This document shows positions 30,699 through 40,160 of a stretch of DNA of 64,000 nucleotides, one piece after another. A model generated the notes under the pieces. It was not told where the DNA came from, did no database searches, and was given only the letters and a program-made list of their open reading frames with translations. The stretch covers positions 640,001-704,000 of the forward strand of contig CBDBHR010000030.1 in assembly GCA_965205865.1 (NCBI GenBank), in the 5' to 3' direction. A program made the translations under genes and the position numbers. How positions within the stretch are numbered: the first letter of the stretch is position 1; each line of letters begins with the position of its first letter. The stretch is from a bacterium (GTDB taxonomy: Bacteria; SAR324; NAC60-12).

Positions 30699-30747
30699 GG
30701 GGCTGGGAGGCGCGCTCCCAAACCGCTTCGAGCGCGCTTCCAGCCCC
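30699..30747 (-). terminator. Strong intercistronic hairpin between SBP and permease
   Basis: GGGGCTGGGAGGCGCGCTC...GAGCGCGCTTCCAGCCCC; no U-tract on the coding strand, so probably an mRNA-stabilising or attenuating stem. Confidence 0.55.
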
Positions 30748-30778
30748 TTTCATGTAGGTCAGTACGGGTTATCGCCCT

Positions 30779-32530
30779 CTAGCGACCCATTGCTTCCTTC
30801 AGATCCTGGTCAATCCAGAGGCGGGTGAAGAGGGTGGTTGTTTGACCCCATCCCAACTCGTGTTCAACGTTATAACCCATGACCCACGGTTGGACCGCCA
30901 AGTAGTCTGGGGGAAAAGGGCCCCATATCGTCCAGAACTTCTCTATCGCATACTGATCCAATTCTCCGGCTATCCTGTTCTGCTCCTCGAGCGTGGTAGC
31001 GGTCTTGACGGCTTCATACATGGCCTCTGCAACCGGGTCCCTGACACGGCCTAGACCCCATCCAACCGCAGTTAGGGCGGTATTGGCCATTTCTGCATTA
31101 ATCATTTCGAAATCCCGCGCACTTCTTCTAGAAGAAAAGGGAGCTATTGGCTCTACCTGAATCTCTACATCAACGCCAATCTTATTCCAGTATGAAGCGA
31201 CTAATTGCGCATAGTTCACATCGTACCGTGCAAGGTGCATCAACTTAGTCTTGAATCTAATGCCGTCGGCGCCGCGAGGATATCCGGCTTCATCAAGCAA
31301 CGCTTCGGCACCCTCCGGATCGTAGTCAAAGACCTTCTTGACATCTTCAGGCCACTCTTCAAATGGGGTGGCAACATCTGTAAAAGAACGGTTGAGCTGC
31401 CCCTGGGGTATCGTAGTTGCCTCACCCCTATAGTAGGCATTGTTGATTTCTTCGATGTTTATTGCCATCTGCATTGCCTTGCGAACCCTAATATCGCTAA
31501 AGGCCTCTATCTGGTTGTTCATGCCAAAACCGTTGTTACTCCGACCGGTAAACGGCCAGATCACGATTTCGGGGTTGGTCTTCCGGAGGCCATCTACCTC
31601 GTCGAAATTCCTCATTTGAGCTCCGCCGGTCCGACCTATGTAATCAACCCTACCTGTGCGCATTGCCGCCATATATGTTGCCACTTCTGGCATAAACAGG
31701 GTTCTTATTTGGTCAACATAGGGAAGGCGATTCTCCGGGAATTTATCGTCGTAGCCCCAGTAGTCAGGATTCTTGGTCCAGGTAACAGAGCTCCCTGCGG
31801 TCCAGTCAGTCAGCATCATGGGTCCGGTGCCGACCAGGTTCCTCCAGTCTGTAACGTCCCCGTGTTCTTTGATCACCTCGGGGGGGTATATCCAACTACT
31901 ATAGTTGTCCATGATAGCATACAGGGCACCGAGGTTTTGCTCCTTCATCTTAAAAACAACCGTGTACCGGTCGGTGGCCGTTACCGATTCGAATTGCATG
32001 CCTCCGAAGGTGCTACCGTAGGGGATAGGTTCGGTGAAACCACTCCCCATACCCAAGAGACGGTGAAAGTTGTACTCGATATCATCGGCAATGAGTTCCC
32101 GACCGGACATCGGCGGCTTATCATGCCAGTGAATGCCCTGGCGGATGTTGAATATATAAGTCAGTGGGTCGGGCTGCGACCAGCTTTCCGCCAGCGCCCC
32201 TTTCATGTGGGATGGTGAAAAAGGGAAGGAGAAGGAGGGGATTTCGTCCCTGGGCGTTGCCCAGTCCGCGATGGCCAGCTTCTCTAAAACGCCAGCGACG
32301 TAGCCGCTCGCCGCCCCACCACTGACGTAGACGTCAGGACCCGCCGGCTCTGTCTTAAAGACGAAGGATATTGTCCCTCCGTACTCTGGCGCCGTCACCA
32401 TTTTGCCGGTGCTGGGATCTTTGACCATCTTTTTCTCAGCCGCAACGGCCGGGCCCATCCAAAAGGCAAACGCAGCCAGGATGAAGGCCAGCAGCAGGGC
32501 TTGGATTGTTCTGGTTTTGCTTTTTTGCAT
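30779..32530 (-). CDS. ABC substrate-binding protein family 5, copy 4
   Basis: GGAGG RBS plus ATG 32530; signal ending PAVAA; family-5 motifs; in-frame upstream starts exist. Confidence 0.92.
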   Translation of the reverse strand: MQKSKTRTIQALLLAFILAAFAFWMGPAVAAEKKMVKDPSTGKMVTAPEYGGTISFVFKTEPAGPDVYVSGGAASGYVAGVLEKLAIADWATPRDEIPSFSFPFSPSHMKGALAESWSQPDPLTYIFNIRQGIHWHDKPPMSGRELIADDIEYNFHRLLGMGSGFTEPIPYGSTFGGMQFESVTATDRYTVVFKMKEQNLGALYAIMDNYSSWIYPPEVIKEHGDVTDWRNLVGTGPMMLTDWTAGSSVTWTKNPDYWGYDDKFPENRLPYVDQIRTLFMPEVATYMAAMRTGRVDYIGRTGGAQMRNFDEVDGLRKTNPEIVIWPFTGRSNNGFGMNNQIEAFSDIRVRKAMQMAINIEEINNAYYRGEATTIPQGQLNRSFTDVATPFEEWPEDVKKVFDYDPEGAEALLDEAGYPRGADGIRFKTKLMHLARYDVNYAQLVASYWNKIGVDVEIQVEPIAPFSSRRSARDFEMINAEMANTALTAVGWGLGRVRDPVAEAMYEAVKTATTLEEQNRIAGELDQYAIEKFWTIWGPFPPDYLAVQPWVMGYNVEHELGWGQTTTLFTRLWIDQDLKEAMGR

Positions 32531-32752
32531 GATTCCTCCACTTTCGTTTAGATTTTGGTTTTGATTCATTCGACGTCTCATAATTTCTCCTTTATCAATA
32601 GTGAATTTGTTTTGATTCATTTTCATTTTATCTTTCATCATTTCTCCTTTTTCAGAAGTGAATTGGTTTTATTGATTATACGTTTCATCCTGCCTTCTTT
32701 CACTGGAACCGAGTTTGAAAAAATTTTCGGGGAGGATCCATCACTTTCACGT

Positions 32753-32896
32753 CCTCCCACGGTATTGTTCAATCGATCGGGTGGGAACCCTCCCACGGTA
32801 TTGTTCAATCGATCGGGTGGCAACCCTCCCACGATACTGTTCAATCGATCGGGTGGCAACCCTCCCACGATATTGTTCAATCGATCGGGTGGCAAC
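32753..32896. repeat. 4 x 36-bp direct tandem repeat
   Basis: CCTCCCACG(G/A)TA(T/C)TGTTCAATCGATCGGGTGG(G/C)AAC, no spacers. Confidence 0.95.
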
Positions 32897-32931
32897 CCTC
32901 TCTTTCACTAAAAAAACTTAGTGAAGGCACG

Positions 32932-32960
32932 ATACTAGCACAACAACAACGCAATGTCAA
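32932..32960 (-). promoter_or_regulatory. Putative sigma70 promoter upstream of the 36-bp array and SBP4
   Basis: TTGACA-N17-TAGTAT with extended TG and upstream A/T tracts. Confidence 0.65.
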
Positions 32961-33156
32961 CTCCCCAAGGCAAAATAAATGCGGGATTCGCAAAAAAAAA
33001 CAAAAAATCAATAAATCAGGGAGGGAGGCGATTGATTGTTTTTGAAAATATTGGATGGCAGTTAAAAAACGCTGCGATGCTCTACTGGCTTTGGGGAGTA
33101 GTCGGGAGTCCGGGGAGAACTTCAGGTGGCTATTTCTTGATGGCGGGAAGCAGGAA

Positions 33157-33252
33157 AAAAGAGAAGTTGAAGGGATTCTTAAAATTCGTATCATTTCTGC
33201 AAGAAAGGCAAATAAATATGAAAAAAGAAATTATCTCCGAAATTATGGCTAA
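33157..33252 (+). pseudogene. BrnT-like toxin, 3' fragment
   Basis: KIRIISARKANKYEKRNY overlapping the antitoxin start. Confidence 0.65.
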
Positions 33253-33571
33253 TGGGGAACGGAATCGCCCTAAAGATAGCCAAACTGATTGGAATCGCTT
33301 GGATAATATGAGTGATGAAGAAACGCATCAGAATGCTTTAAGTGATCCTGATGCTCAACCATTATCGAAAGATGCTAAACCGTTTGTGAACGTCAAATTG
33401 ATCCGAGCCAAACTCAGCATGACTCAAGAAGAGTTTGCAAAAACGTTTCAACTTTCTTTGGCGACTATAAGAGACTGGGAGCAAAGGAGATCCCAACCGG
33501 ATCATGCTGCAAAGACATTACTAAGGGTGATTGAGGCTACATCTAGGTTCACTTTCGTTACGGCCCGTTGA
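33245..33571 (+). CDS. XRE/HTH antitoxin (partner of the BrnT-like toxin); 3' end replaced
   Basis: TDWNRLDNMSDEE..ALSDPDAQP, IRAKLSMTQEEFA..SLATIRDWEQ..P. Confidence 0.8.
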   Translation: MANGERNRPKDSQTDWNRLDNMSDEETHQNALSDPDAQPLSKDAKPFVNVKLIRAKLSMTQEEFAKTFQLSLATIRDWEQRRSQPDHAAKTLLRVIEATSRFTFVTAR

Positions 33572-33590
33572 TTTGCTTTAGGGAACTTAC
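33533..33590 (-). ncRNA. Possible group II intron domain I fragment
   Basis: Minus strand taagttccctaaagcaaatcaacgggccgtaacgaaagtgaacctagatgtagcctc resembles intron domain I from recall; coincides with the point where antitoxin similarity ends. Confidence 0.4.
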
Positions 33591-33727
33591 ATGACCAATA
33601 CGATAACCTATTAAATTCGTAATTTTTGCAGTGATGTTGCAAAATTTACATAAAATTGTTGGAAAATTATAGATATCTATAGTAAAAAGAGGAGTAAAAT
33701 TTAAATCTCCTGAAACGAGTCCTGACT

Positions 33728-34930
33728 ATGTATATTTATAGAAATTTGGAAAAGAGTTTTATTTCTTCAAGTACAAACTTTCCAGTAATGCTGCTAACGG
33801 GGCCTCGTCAAGTTGGTAAAACGACGTTCTTGAAGCATATTGATTCATCTCGTACTTATGTCACACTGGATACTCCTCGAGAACGAGGATTGGCAAAGGA
33901 AGATCCTGAACTTTTTTTGCAAACTTTCTCCCCACCTATTTTGATTGATGAAATACAGTATGCCCCAGAATTGCTGCCCTTCATTAAGGTAATGGTTGAT
34001 AATAAACAGCAAGATAACTTATTTTGGCTGACAGGTTCTCAACAGTTTCAGATGATGAAAGGAGTCACTGAATCGCTTGCAGGCCGGGTAGGAATTCTTG
34101 AAATTCCTGGTTTGTCGAATGCTGAATTAGAAAAACGAAATAATCCACCATTTTTACCTGATATTCATTTTGAAAACAGAGAGCGTCTTCTGGATTTAAA
34201 AGGGCTCTATGAGCGAATATGGCGGGGTTCTTATCCAAGGCTATACAATCATTCTGAGATGGACAAAGGACTATTCTATGAATCATATATTAACACTTAT
34301 CTTGAACGAGATGTAATGCAGTTGGGTCAGGTGAGTCAACTCCATAGATTATACAAATTCATGAGGTCATGCGCAGCAAGGACAGGCCAATTATTGAATT
34401 ATTCCAATTTGGCTGAAGATGCGGAAGTGTCTGTCAATACTGCAAAAAAATGGTTAAATATTTTGGTTGCGAGTCATTTGATTTATTTGCTTGAGCCCTA
34501 TCATAATAATTTGTTGAAACGAATGACAAAACAGCCAAAACTTTATTTTTTAGATACAGGGTTAGCCACTCATCTTGCCGCTTGGAGTTCACCCGAAGTA
34601 CTGGAAGCCGGATCCATGTCCGGAGCTATTTTTGAAACCTGGTGTGTTTCAGAAATTATTAAAAGTTATCAGAATAATGGCAAACACCTCCCTTTCTATT
34701 TTTATCGTGATTATGACAAAGTTGAAATTGATCTTATAATTGAACAAGATAATACATTGTATCCTGTGGAATTTAAGAAAAGTAGTAACCCTCCCTTAAA
34801 GGCAATTAAACATTTTTCTGCCTTAGAAAAACTTAATAAACCCATTGGTCCAGGTGCAGTTGTTTGCATGAGCCAGAGTGTTTTTCCACTCAATTCTAAT
34901 AACAAACTAATACCTGCATATTTTATTTAA
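33728..34930 (+). CDS. AAA_14 ATPase with DUF4143 domain
   Basis: LTGPRQVGKTT, IDEIQ, LTGS, ESLAGR, PKLYFLDTGL, EIDLII..PVEFK. Confidence 0.9.
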   Translation: MYIYRNLEKSFISSSTNFPVMLLTGPRQVGKTTFLKHIDSSRTYVTLDTPRERGLAKEDPELFLQTFSPPILIDEIQYAPELLPFIKVMVDNKQQDNLFWLTGSQQFQMMKGVTESLAGRVGILEIPGLSNAELEKRNNPPFLPDIHFENRERLLDLKGLYERIWRGSYPRLYNHSEMDKGLFYESYINTYLERDVMQLGQVSQLHRLYKFMRSCAARTGQLLNYSNLAEDAEVSVNTAKKWLNILVASHLIYLLEPYHNNLLKRMTKQPKLYFLDTGLATHLAAWSSPEVLEAGSMSGAIFETWCVSEIIKSYQNNGKHLPFYFYRDYDKVEIDLIIEQDNTLYPVEFKKSSNPPLKAIKHFSALEKLNKPIGPGAVVCMSQSVFPLNSNNKLIPAYFI

Positions 34931-35015
34931 ACTGAGGTAACAGTATCGCTGCCTCTATAAAGCTGATAAACTCAAGGGATACCGACGATATTCCGTGAAT
35001 CGGATTTTGGAACGA

Positions 35016-35160
35016 TCAATTTTCTGGTTCAAAAAAGGGTTTGTCACCAGAAACCGTTACTCTACGCAAGACTCTCCTGTGTGGGTAATAGTCACTCGCG
35101 GCATAGTGCTACACGGCCCTGTTATCCCAGAAAGAGTTAGAGCCTGGTCCCCATGTGAAT
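35016..35160 (-). pseudogene. TauD/TfdA dioxygenase C-terminal remnant
   Basis: Manual translation [41 protein letters not shown] (WDNR..HYA motif with an internal stop). Confidence 0.65.
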
Positions 35161-35591
35161 TTGATTTCGATTACTTCTTCTGGTTGCTACGACCTGGTCG
35201 AACTCCATCTCACCTCCTTGCGTATGCTGCCGTTTCTGTCACTCTGAGCGCAGCCAAGAGCCTCTATCAGTACTACTTCTCAATTCTCTGTTCATTGCGC
35301 GAACCTTTCTTAAAGAGAAACAATAATAACGCACTCAAGAGTACTTCAAAAAGTTCATAGTGAGGACGCTGACGATAATGCTCCAAATGACCCGGAGCCT
35401 GCTGGCCCCTTCTATAAACGCCGCATCTTCCAAATCTCAGTCAATTGTGTCGCAAAACCCCTTCATCATCCAAATAGAAAACGGTAACACCAGCCCGAGC
35501 TCGGCAATGACGAGTCCGTGGTAAGTATTGATAAAACCCGGATTTCTGTAGAGCATATAGATTGGAATAATAATCGCGATGTATTGATCCT

Positions 35592-38500
35592 TTACCAAGT
35601 ATCAATATATGGCCTTTTTTTACCGTTGCGCCGCGGTGTCGGGGGGACACTACGCAGACCCGCTAAAATCCAACGGCGTGAATCAGCTGGGTCGATGACG
35701 TCGTCAATGCCGAAATAGCTTGCCGCATGCAAAGCCTTTGCTCTTTCGTAGCTTGAAGCGACCATGGCGTCATATTTTTTCCGCCGCTCTTCCGGATCCT
35801 CGATAGCGGCCAGTTCATTTCGATAGCCCAACTTGATGGCGCCTTCGATATTCATACCGGCAAACTCTGCTGTTGGCCATGCTGCCGTAAAGAATGGCAC
35901 CAGGGAACTCCCCCCACACATAGCCTGGACGCCCAGCCCGTACGCCTTGCGCAAAACCAGTCCAAACAGGGGCACCGAGAGATTGGCACCCGTGTTGAAG
36001 AGTCGAGCGCTGTGTCGCACCAGCGCCGTGGCTTCCGCCTCCGGACCAACCATGATGCCGGGGCAGTCCATCAGACTCACCACGGGAAGATCAAAAGCGT
36101 CGCAAAGTTGCAGAAAGCGCGCTCCTTTATCGGCCCCGTCGCTATCGATGGCTCCGGCAAGGTGGTGGGGGTTGTTTGCAATCAATCCCAGAGGAAACCC
36201 TCCAATCCGTATAAAGGCAGTGATGATCCCAATTCCAAAATCTTTGCGGATCTCCATCACGGAATCCTGATCGGCCAGCGTCTGAATCACGTCCCGCGCA
36301 TTGTACATGCGCACGCGATTTTCAGGAACGATATGTCGCAGTATTCTTTGGTCGGCAGCTTCCCAGTCTGTAATTGGTCCCTGGAAATAAGAGAGGTACT
36401 TCCGAGCTGCAGCTACTCCGGCCGCCTCATCTTCGACCAAAAGATCGACGACTCCGTTTGGTACCTGGAACGACATAGGACCGATTTCTTCCGGCGTGTA
36501 GATTCCGAGGCCTCCGCCTTCGATCATGGCAGGACCTCCCATAGCGATGGTGGAATTCGCAGTGGCGATAATGACGTCGCAACAAGCGAGCAGGGCTGTG
36601 TTGCCTGCAAAGCAACGCCCCGAAGAGATTCCAATCAAGGGTACAAGAGCACTGAGCATTGAGAATTGGGTAAAGGTATAAGTATCCATACCCACTGGCG
36701 TACTACCATCCGTATCCCCAGGCCGTCCACCTCCGCCTTCCGTAAAAATCACTACTGGTAACTGGTAGCGCCGGGCTAAGTCAAACATGCGATCTTGCTT
36801 GTAATGGTTGCGTTTTCCTTGCGTGCCGGCAAATACGGTGTAGTCATAGGAGATTAGAATGCAACGCGCATCCTGCGCTTCGAAATGATTTCCGTTGACA
36901 GTTCCCAATCCAGCTACCAATCCATCGGCCGGGGTGCGTTGACGAAGCCATTCTTCATCACGACGGGCGCGTTGCGCCGCGACTGCCAGGGGCCCAAATT
37001 CGACGAAGGTTCCGGAATCACAGAGGTCCTCGATATTTTCCCGGGCGGTTCGTTGCCCGGTTTTTCGGCGTCGAGCGACTGCGTCCGGTCGATTTTCGTC
37101 CAAAGTGTAAGCGTGCCGTTGATAGGTTTCCTCCAAATCGGGTCGGATAAACTCCAGATCGAGTGTATCAACGATTTCCTTCGCGTCTGTTTGAACTCTT
37201 GACGTTTCAATGATAAAGAGGGGGTAACCCTCTCGAACGACATCTCCAACCGAGAGGGTGACTTTGCGCACAATACCGCTACAATCGGCAGCGATGACAT
37301 GCTCCATTTTCATGGCTTCCAAGACTGCAAGTTGTTGGCCTGGATGGATGGAATCGCCTTCGGCAACCGACATGCTGACGATGGTCCCTTGAATGGGCGC
37401 TCGCAAGCTGATCCTATCATCCCCTTCGAACTGCTTCAGTGATGCCGTACCCGTTTGCAATGGTGGTTTGATTTGATCGTTTTTGATGGCCTGGTCATGC
37501 GAGAACAAAGCCAGGGGATCCTGGGTGTCGATCCGGGCTCCGGCCAGACCCGCTACCCATGCGTCTTTTTCATCTCCTGCTTTCGTCTCGCTGTTGACGA
37601 AGTGGCGAAGTTGGGTTTTTGTGTCCGGAGTGGCGAGTTCGGCGAGATGTTCGTCGACGAAACGGGTATGCGCTCGCCCGGCGATGACATCGGGATGCTG
37701 CAACAGGTTTTGTAAAAAAGGAATGGTAGTGGTGATCCCCTCAATGCGAAATTCACTGATTGCGCGTGTTGTTCGCGAAATGGCCTTGGTGAAATCGGCC
37801 GAAGGTGAGTGTACCGTCACTTTAGCGAGTAACGAATCAAAAGCAGGATTTGTTTCATATCCGGCGTATCCGTATCCATCCGTACGAATACCGGGTCCCC
37901 CTGGCACTTCATACGCGGTGAGAGTTCCTCCCGAGGGATGAACAGAGCCATCCGGATTCAATCTCTCCATGTTGATACGCGCTTGGATTGCAAAACCTCG
38001 AGGGTTCGAGGTGCCGGGGGTATCTAATCCAAGATGCTGAATGGTTTCTCCGGCTGCGAGGCGAATCTGAGCCTGCACCAAGTCAACGTCCATTACTGCT
38101 TCAGTCACCGTGTGTTCGACTTGTAAGCGCGCGTTAGCTTCGATGAAGGCAAAGGACTGCCTGCCAGAGTCGGCCGTGGCGTTGACCAGAAATTCGATTG
38201 TACCTATATTTGTGTAGGAGACGCTCTCGGCCAACCTTATGGCGGCGGCTATCAGGTCGGCCCGTAAATTTTCTGCCAGGTTTGGAGCCGGCGCCATCTC
38301 GACGATTTTTTGATATCGTCGCTGAAGGCTGCAGTCGCGCTCGCCGAGGCTGATCACCGTTCCGCTCGAGTCACCGAGAATCTGAACCTCGACGTGCCGG
38401 GCAAAGGGCATCAATTCTTCGACGTATAGACCGCCATTACCAAAGGCGCTGAACGCCTCGGAGCGGCATCTTTCATACAGGGCTTCGATCGCGTCAATCC

Positions 38501-39020
38501 GGGTCACGACTCGGGATCCTCGACCACCGCCTCCGGCCACGGCCTTGATCATCATACTACAATCGGGACCAAGACCTGCAAAGAAATTTCGCGCATCCTC
38601 AATCGAGACCGCTTTGTTGATGCCCCGCATAATTGGAACGTCAGCCGCAGCTGCCGCCATCCGCGCCCGCCCTTTGTCCCCGAACAATTCCAACATTTTC
38701 ACGGAGGGCCCGATAAACGTCAATCCTTCCTCTTGACAGCGACGAGCAAAGGCTGCACTCTCGGCGAGAAATCCGTAACCCGGATGAATCGCATCACATC
38801 GGGCCAGTTTGGCTGTGCGGAGGATACCTTCGATATCGAGATAGGCAGGTACGCCACGCCCTGGTAGTGGAAAGGCTTCATCGGCAGTCCGCGTATGGAG
38901 TGAGCGTCCGTCATCCTCCGAGTAAACAGCGACGCTGCGCACTCCCAGGTCCGTTGCGGCACGCGCAATTCGAATCGCTATTTCGCCACGATTGGCGATC
39001 AGTATACTACTGAACGTCAT
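35592..39020 (-). CDS. Single-chain acyl-CoA carboxylase (biotin carboxylase-BCCP-carboxyltransferase)
   Basis: ILIANRGEIA, HPGYGFLAE, RLQVEH; biotinylation EAMKME; CT motifs DYTVFAGTQG, RKAYG. Confidence 0.92.
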   Translation of the reverse strand: MTFSSILIANRGEIAIRIARAATDLGVRSVAVYSEDDGRSLHTRTADEAFPLPGRGVPAYLDIEGILRTAKLARCDAIHPGYGFLAESAAFARRCQEEGLTFIGPSVKMLELFGDKGRARMAAAAADVPIMRGINKAVSIEDARNFFAGLGPDCSMMIKAVAGGGGRGSRVVTRIDAIEALYERCRSEAFSAFGNGGLYVEELMPFARHVEVQILGDSSGTVISLGERDCSLQRRYQKIVEMAPAPNLAENLRADLIAAAIRLAESVSYTNIGTIEFLVNATADSGRQSFAFIEANARLQVEHTVTEAVMDVDLVQAQIRLAAGETIQHLGLDTPGTSNPRGFAIQARINMERLNPDGSVHPSGGTLTAYEVPGGPGIRTDGYGYAGYETNPAFDSLLAKVTVHSPSADFTKAISRTTRAISEFRIEGITTTIPFLQNLLQHPDVIAGRAHTRFVDEHLAELATPDTKTQLRHFVNSETKAGDEKDAWVAGLAGARIDTQDPLALFSHDQAIKNDQIKPPLQTGTASLKQFEGDDRISLRAPIQGTIVSMSVAEGDSIHPGQQLAVLEAMKMEHVIAADCSGIVRKVTLSVGDVVREGYPLFIIETSRVQTDAKEIVDTLDLEFIRPDLEETYQRHAYTLDENRPDAVARRRKTGQRTARENIEDLCDSGTFVEFGPLAVAAQRARRDEEWLRQRTPADGLVAGLGTVNGNHFEAQDARCILISYDYTVFAGTQGKRNHYKQDRMFDLARRYQLPVVIFTEGGGGRPGDTDGSTPVGMDTYTFTQFSMLSALVPLIGISSGRCFAGNTALLACCDVIIATANSTIAMGGPAMIEGGGLGIYTPEEIGPMSFQVPNGVVDLLVEDEAAGVAAARKYLSYFQGPITDWEAADQRILRHIVPENRVRMYNARDVIQTLADQDSVMEIRKDFGIGIITAFIRIGGFPLGLIANNPHHLAGAIDSDGADKGARFLQLCDAFDLPVVSLMDCPGIMVGPEAEATALVRHSARLFNTGANLSVPLFGLVLRKAYGLGVQAMCGGSSLVPFFTAAWPTAEFAGMNIEGAIKLGYRNELAAIEDPEERRKKYDAMVASSYERAKALHAASYFGIDDVIDPADSRRWILAGLRSVPPTPRRNGKKRPYIDTW

Positions 39021-39161
39021 AGCTGAACTTTCATCCTTACCTTGATTTTCATGAAGATACCGCCGTCGGATTCGTTTCAAGCGCCCCGGATTCGCTACTC
39101 ATCGGGCGCCTCACCATAGCAGGAATTTTTAGCTCGAGCAAACCCTGGAAAACGGATCGCT

Positions 39162-40160
39162 CTATCCGTTTCGTGGTTTGCGGGCGTGGCAGTATAGGCG
39201 CCAGGGAGCCGGATAACCCTCAACCGTCAAAGAAGGATCTCCGGGATCGAGAAAATCCTGCAAACTTTCAAAAGGCGCCCATTTCGTTTGCCGTTGTTCT
39301 TCAAACGTCAGCTTATTGACGCAAAAAGGAACTACGTCCCGGAAACCGGAACGCTGCAACCAATTGAGCAAGCACGATTGGGTGGGCACAAACCAGGTTC
39401 CCGGAACCTTGCCATATCGTTTTTCCGGAAAGAGAGCTATCGATTCTTTACCAGGCATTCCTAAAGATTCTACAATCAGTTGTCCTCCCGGTTTCATCCC
39501 TTTCCATATGCTACGCAGGATTCCAATCGGGTTGGAATGATGGTAGAGGATTCCCATACAAAAAACCACGTCAAAAAAAGAGGAGAAGAAGTGCATGTGT
39601 TCGACTCCCAGCAATTCAAAATGCAAACCAGGAATCCGGGCAAAACGTTGCAGGAACTGGAAGGTATACCAGTGTCTGACAGTGGGATCGAATCCGATGA
39701 CCAGTTGCGGATGATGTGAGGCCATTCGGAACATATAATAACCGTTGTTACAGCCTATATCGGCAACCTTTTTGCCTTGCAATGAATCCAGGACTGGTAG
39801 CACTCTTTTCCACTTGAGATCACTTTTCCATTCTGCGTCGATGAAGGTCCCGAAAATCTCAAAAGGCCCTTTGCGCCATGGAATGAAAGTTTTTAAAACG
39901 CGCTGGAGCTTTTCATGTTGTTCCGAGGAGAGTTCCTCGGCTTGCCCGATGCGAATGGTTCTGTCCAATTCGACAAAACGGGATTGAAAGGCGGAAATTT
40001 GCGAAACTGCTTCTTTAAAAGAAAACTTGCTTGGGTAATCCAACCAGCGTTTACGGGCAGTTCTCACTTGTTGGATGGCGTCGTACTCTAACTGCCGTTC
40101 AAATTTTTTAAGATAATTCTGGCTCATTTCCCAAAGTCGAAAAGACGATTCAAACAGCAT
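39162..40160 (-). CDS. cmoB: tRNA U34 carboxymethyltransferase
   Basis: PWRKGPF, IDAEWKSD, DIGCNNGY, CMGILYH, TVEGYPAP; start may be 40127. Confidence 0.92.
   Translation of the reverse strand: MLFESSFRLWEMSQNYLKKFERQLEYDAIQQVRTARKRWLDYPSKFSFKEAVSQISAFQSRFVELDRTIRIGQAEELSSEQHEKLQRVLKTFIPWRKGPFEIFGTFIDAEWKSDLKWKRVLPVLDSLQGKKVADIGCNNGYYMFRMASHHPQLVIGFDPTVRHWYTFQFLQRFARIPGLHFELLGVEHMHFFSSFFDVVFCMGILYHHSNPIGILRSIWKGMKPGGQLIVESLGMPGKESIALFPEKRYGKVPGTWFVPTQSCLLNWLQRSGFRDVVPFCVNKLTFEEQRQTKWAPFESLQDFLDPGDPSLTVEGYPAPWRLYCHARKPRNG

Noticed and set aside
32753-32896. 36-bp repeats as a CRISPR or TIGR array
   Set aside because: Units are contiguous and near-identical with no variable spacers; no cas or intact Nop-domain gene in the window
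32555-32921. ORFs with 12-aa repeats across the 36-bp array
   Set aside because: Frames are open simply because the unit lacks stops; homologous units elsewhere are 32 or 37 nt
32954-33244. 205-aa ORF as one protein
   Set aside because: The N-terminal half reads through the non-coding module and the brnT relic; the antitoxin more plausibly starts at 33245
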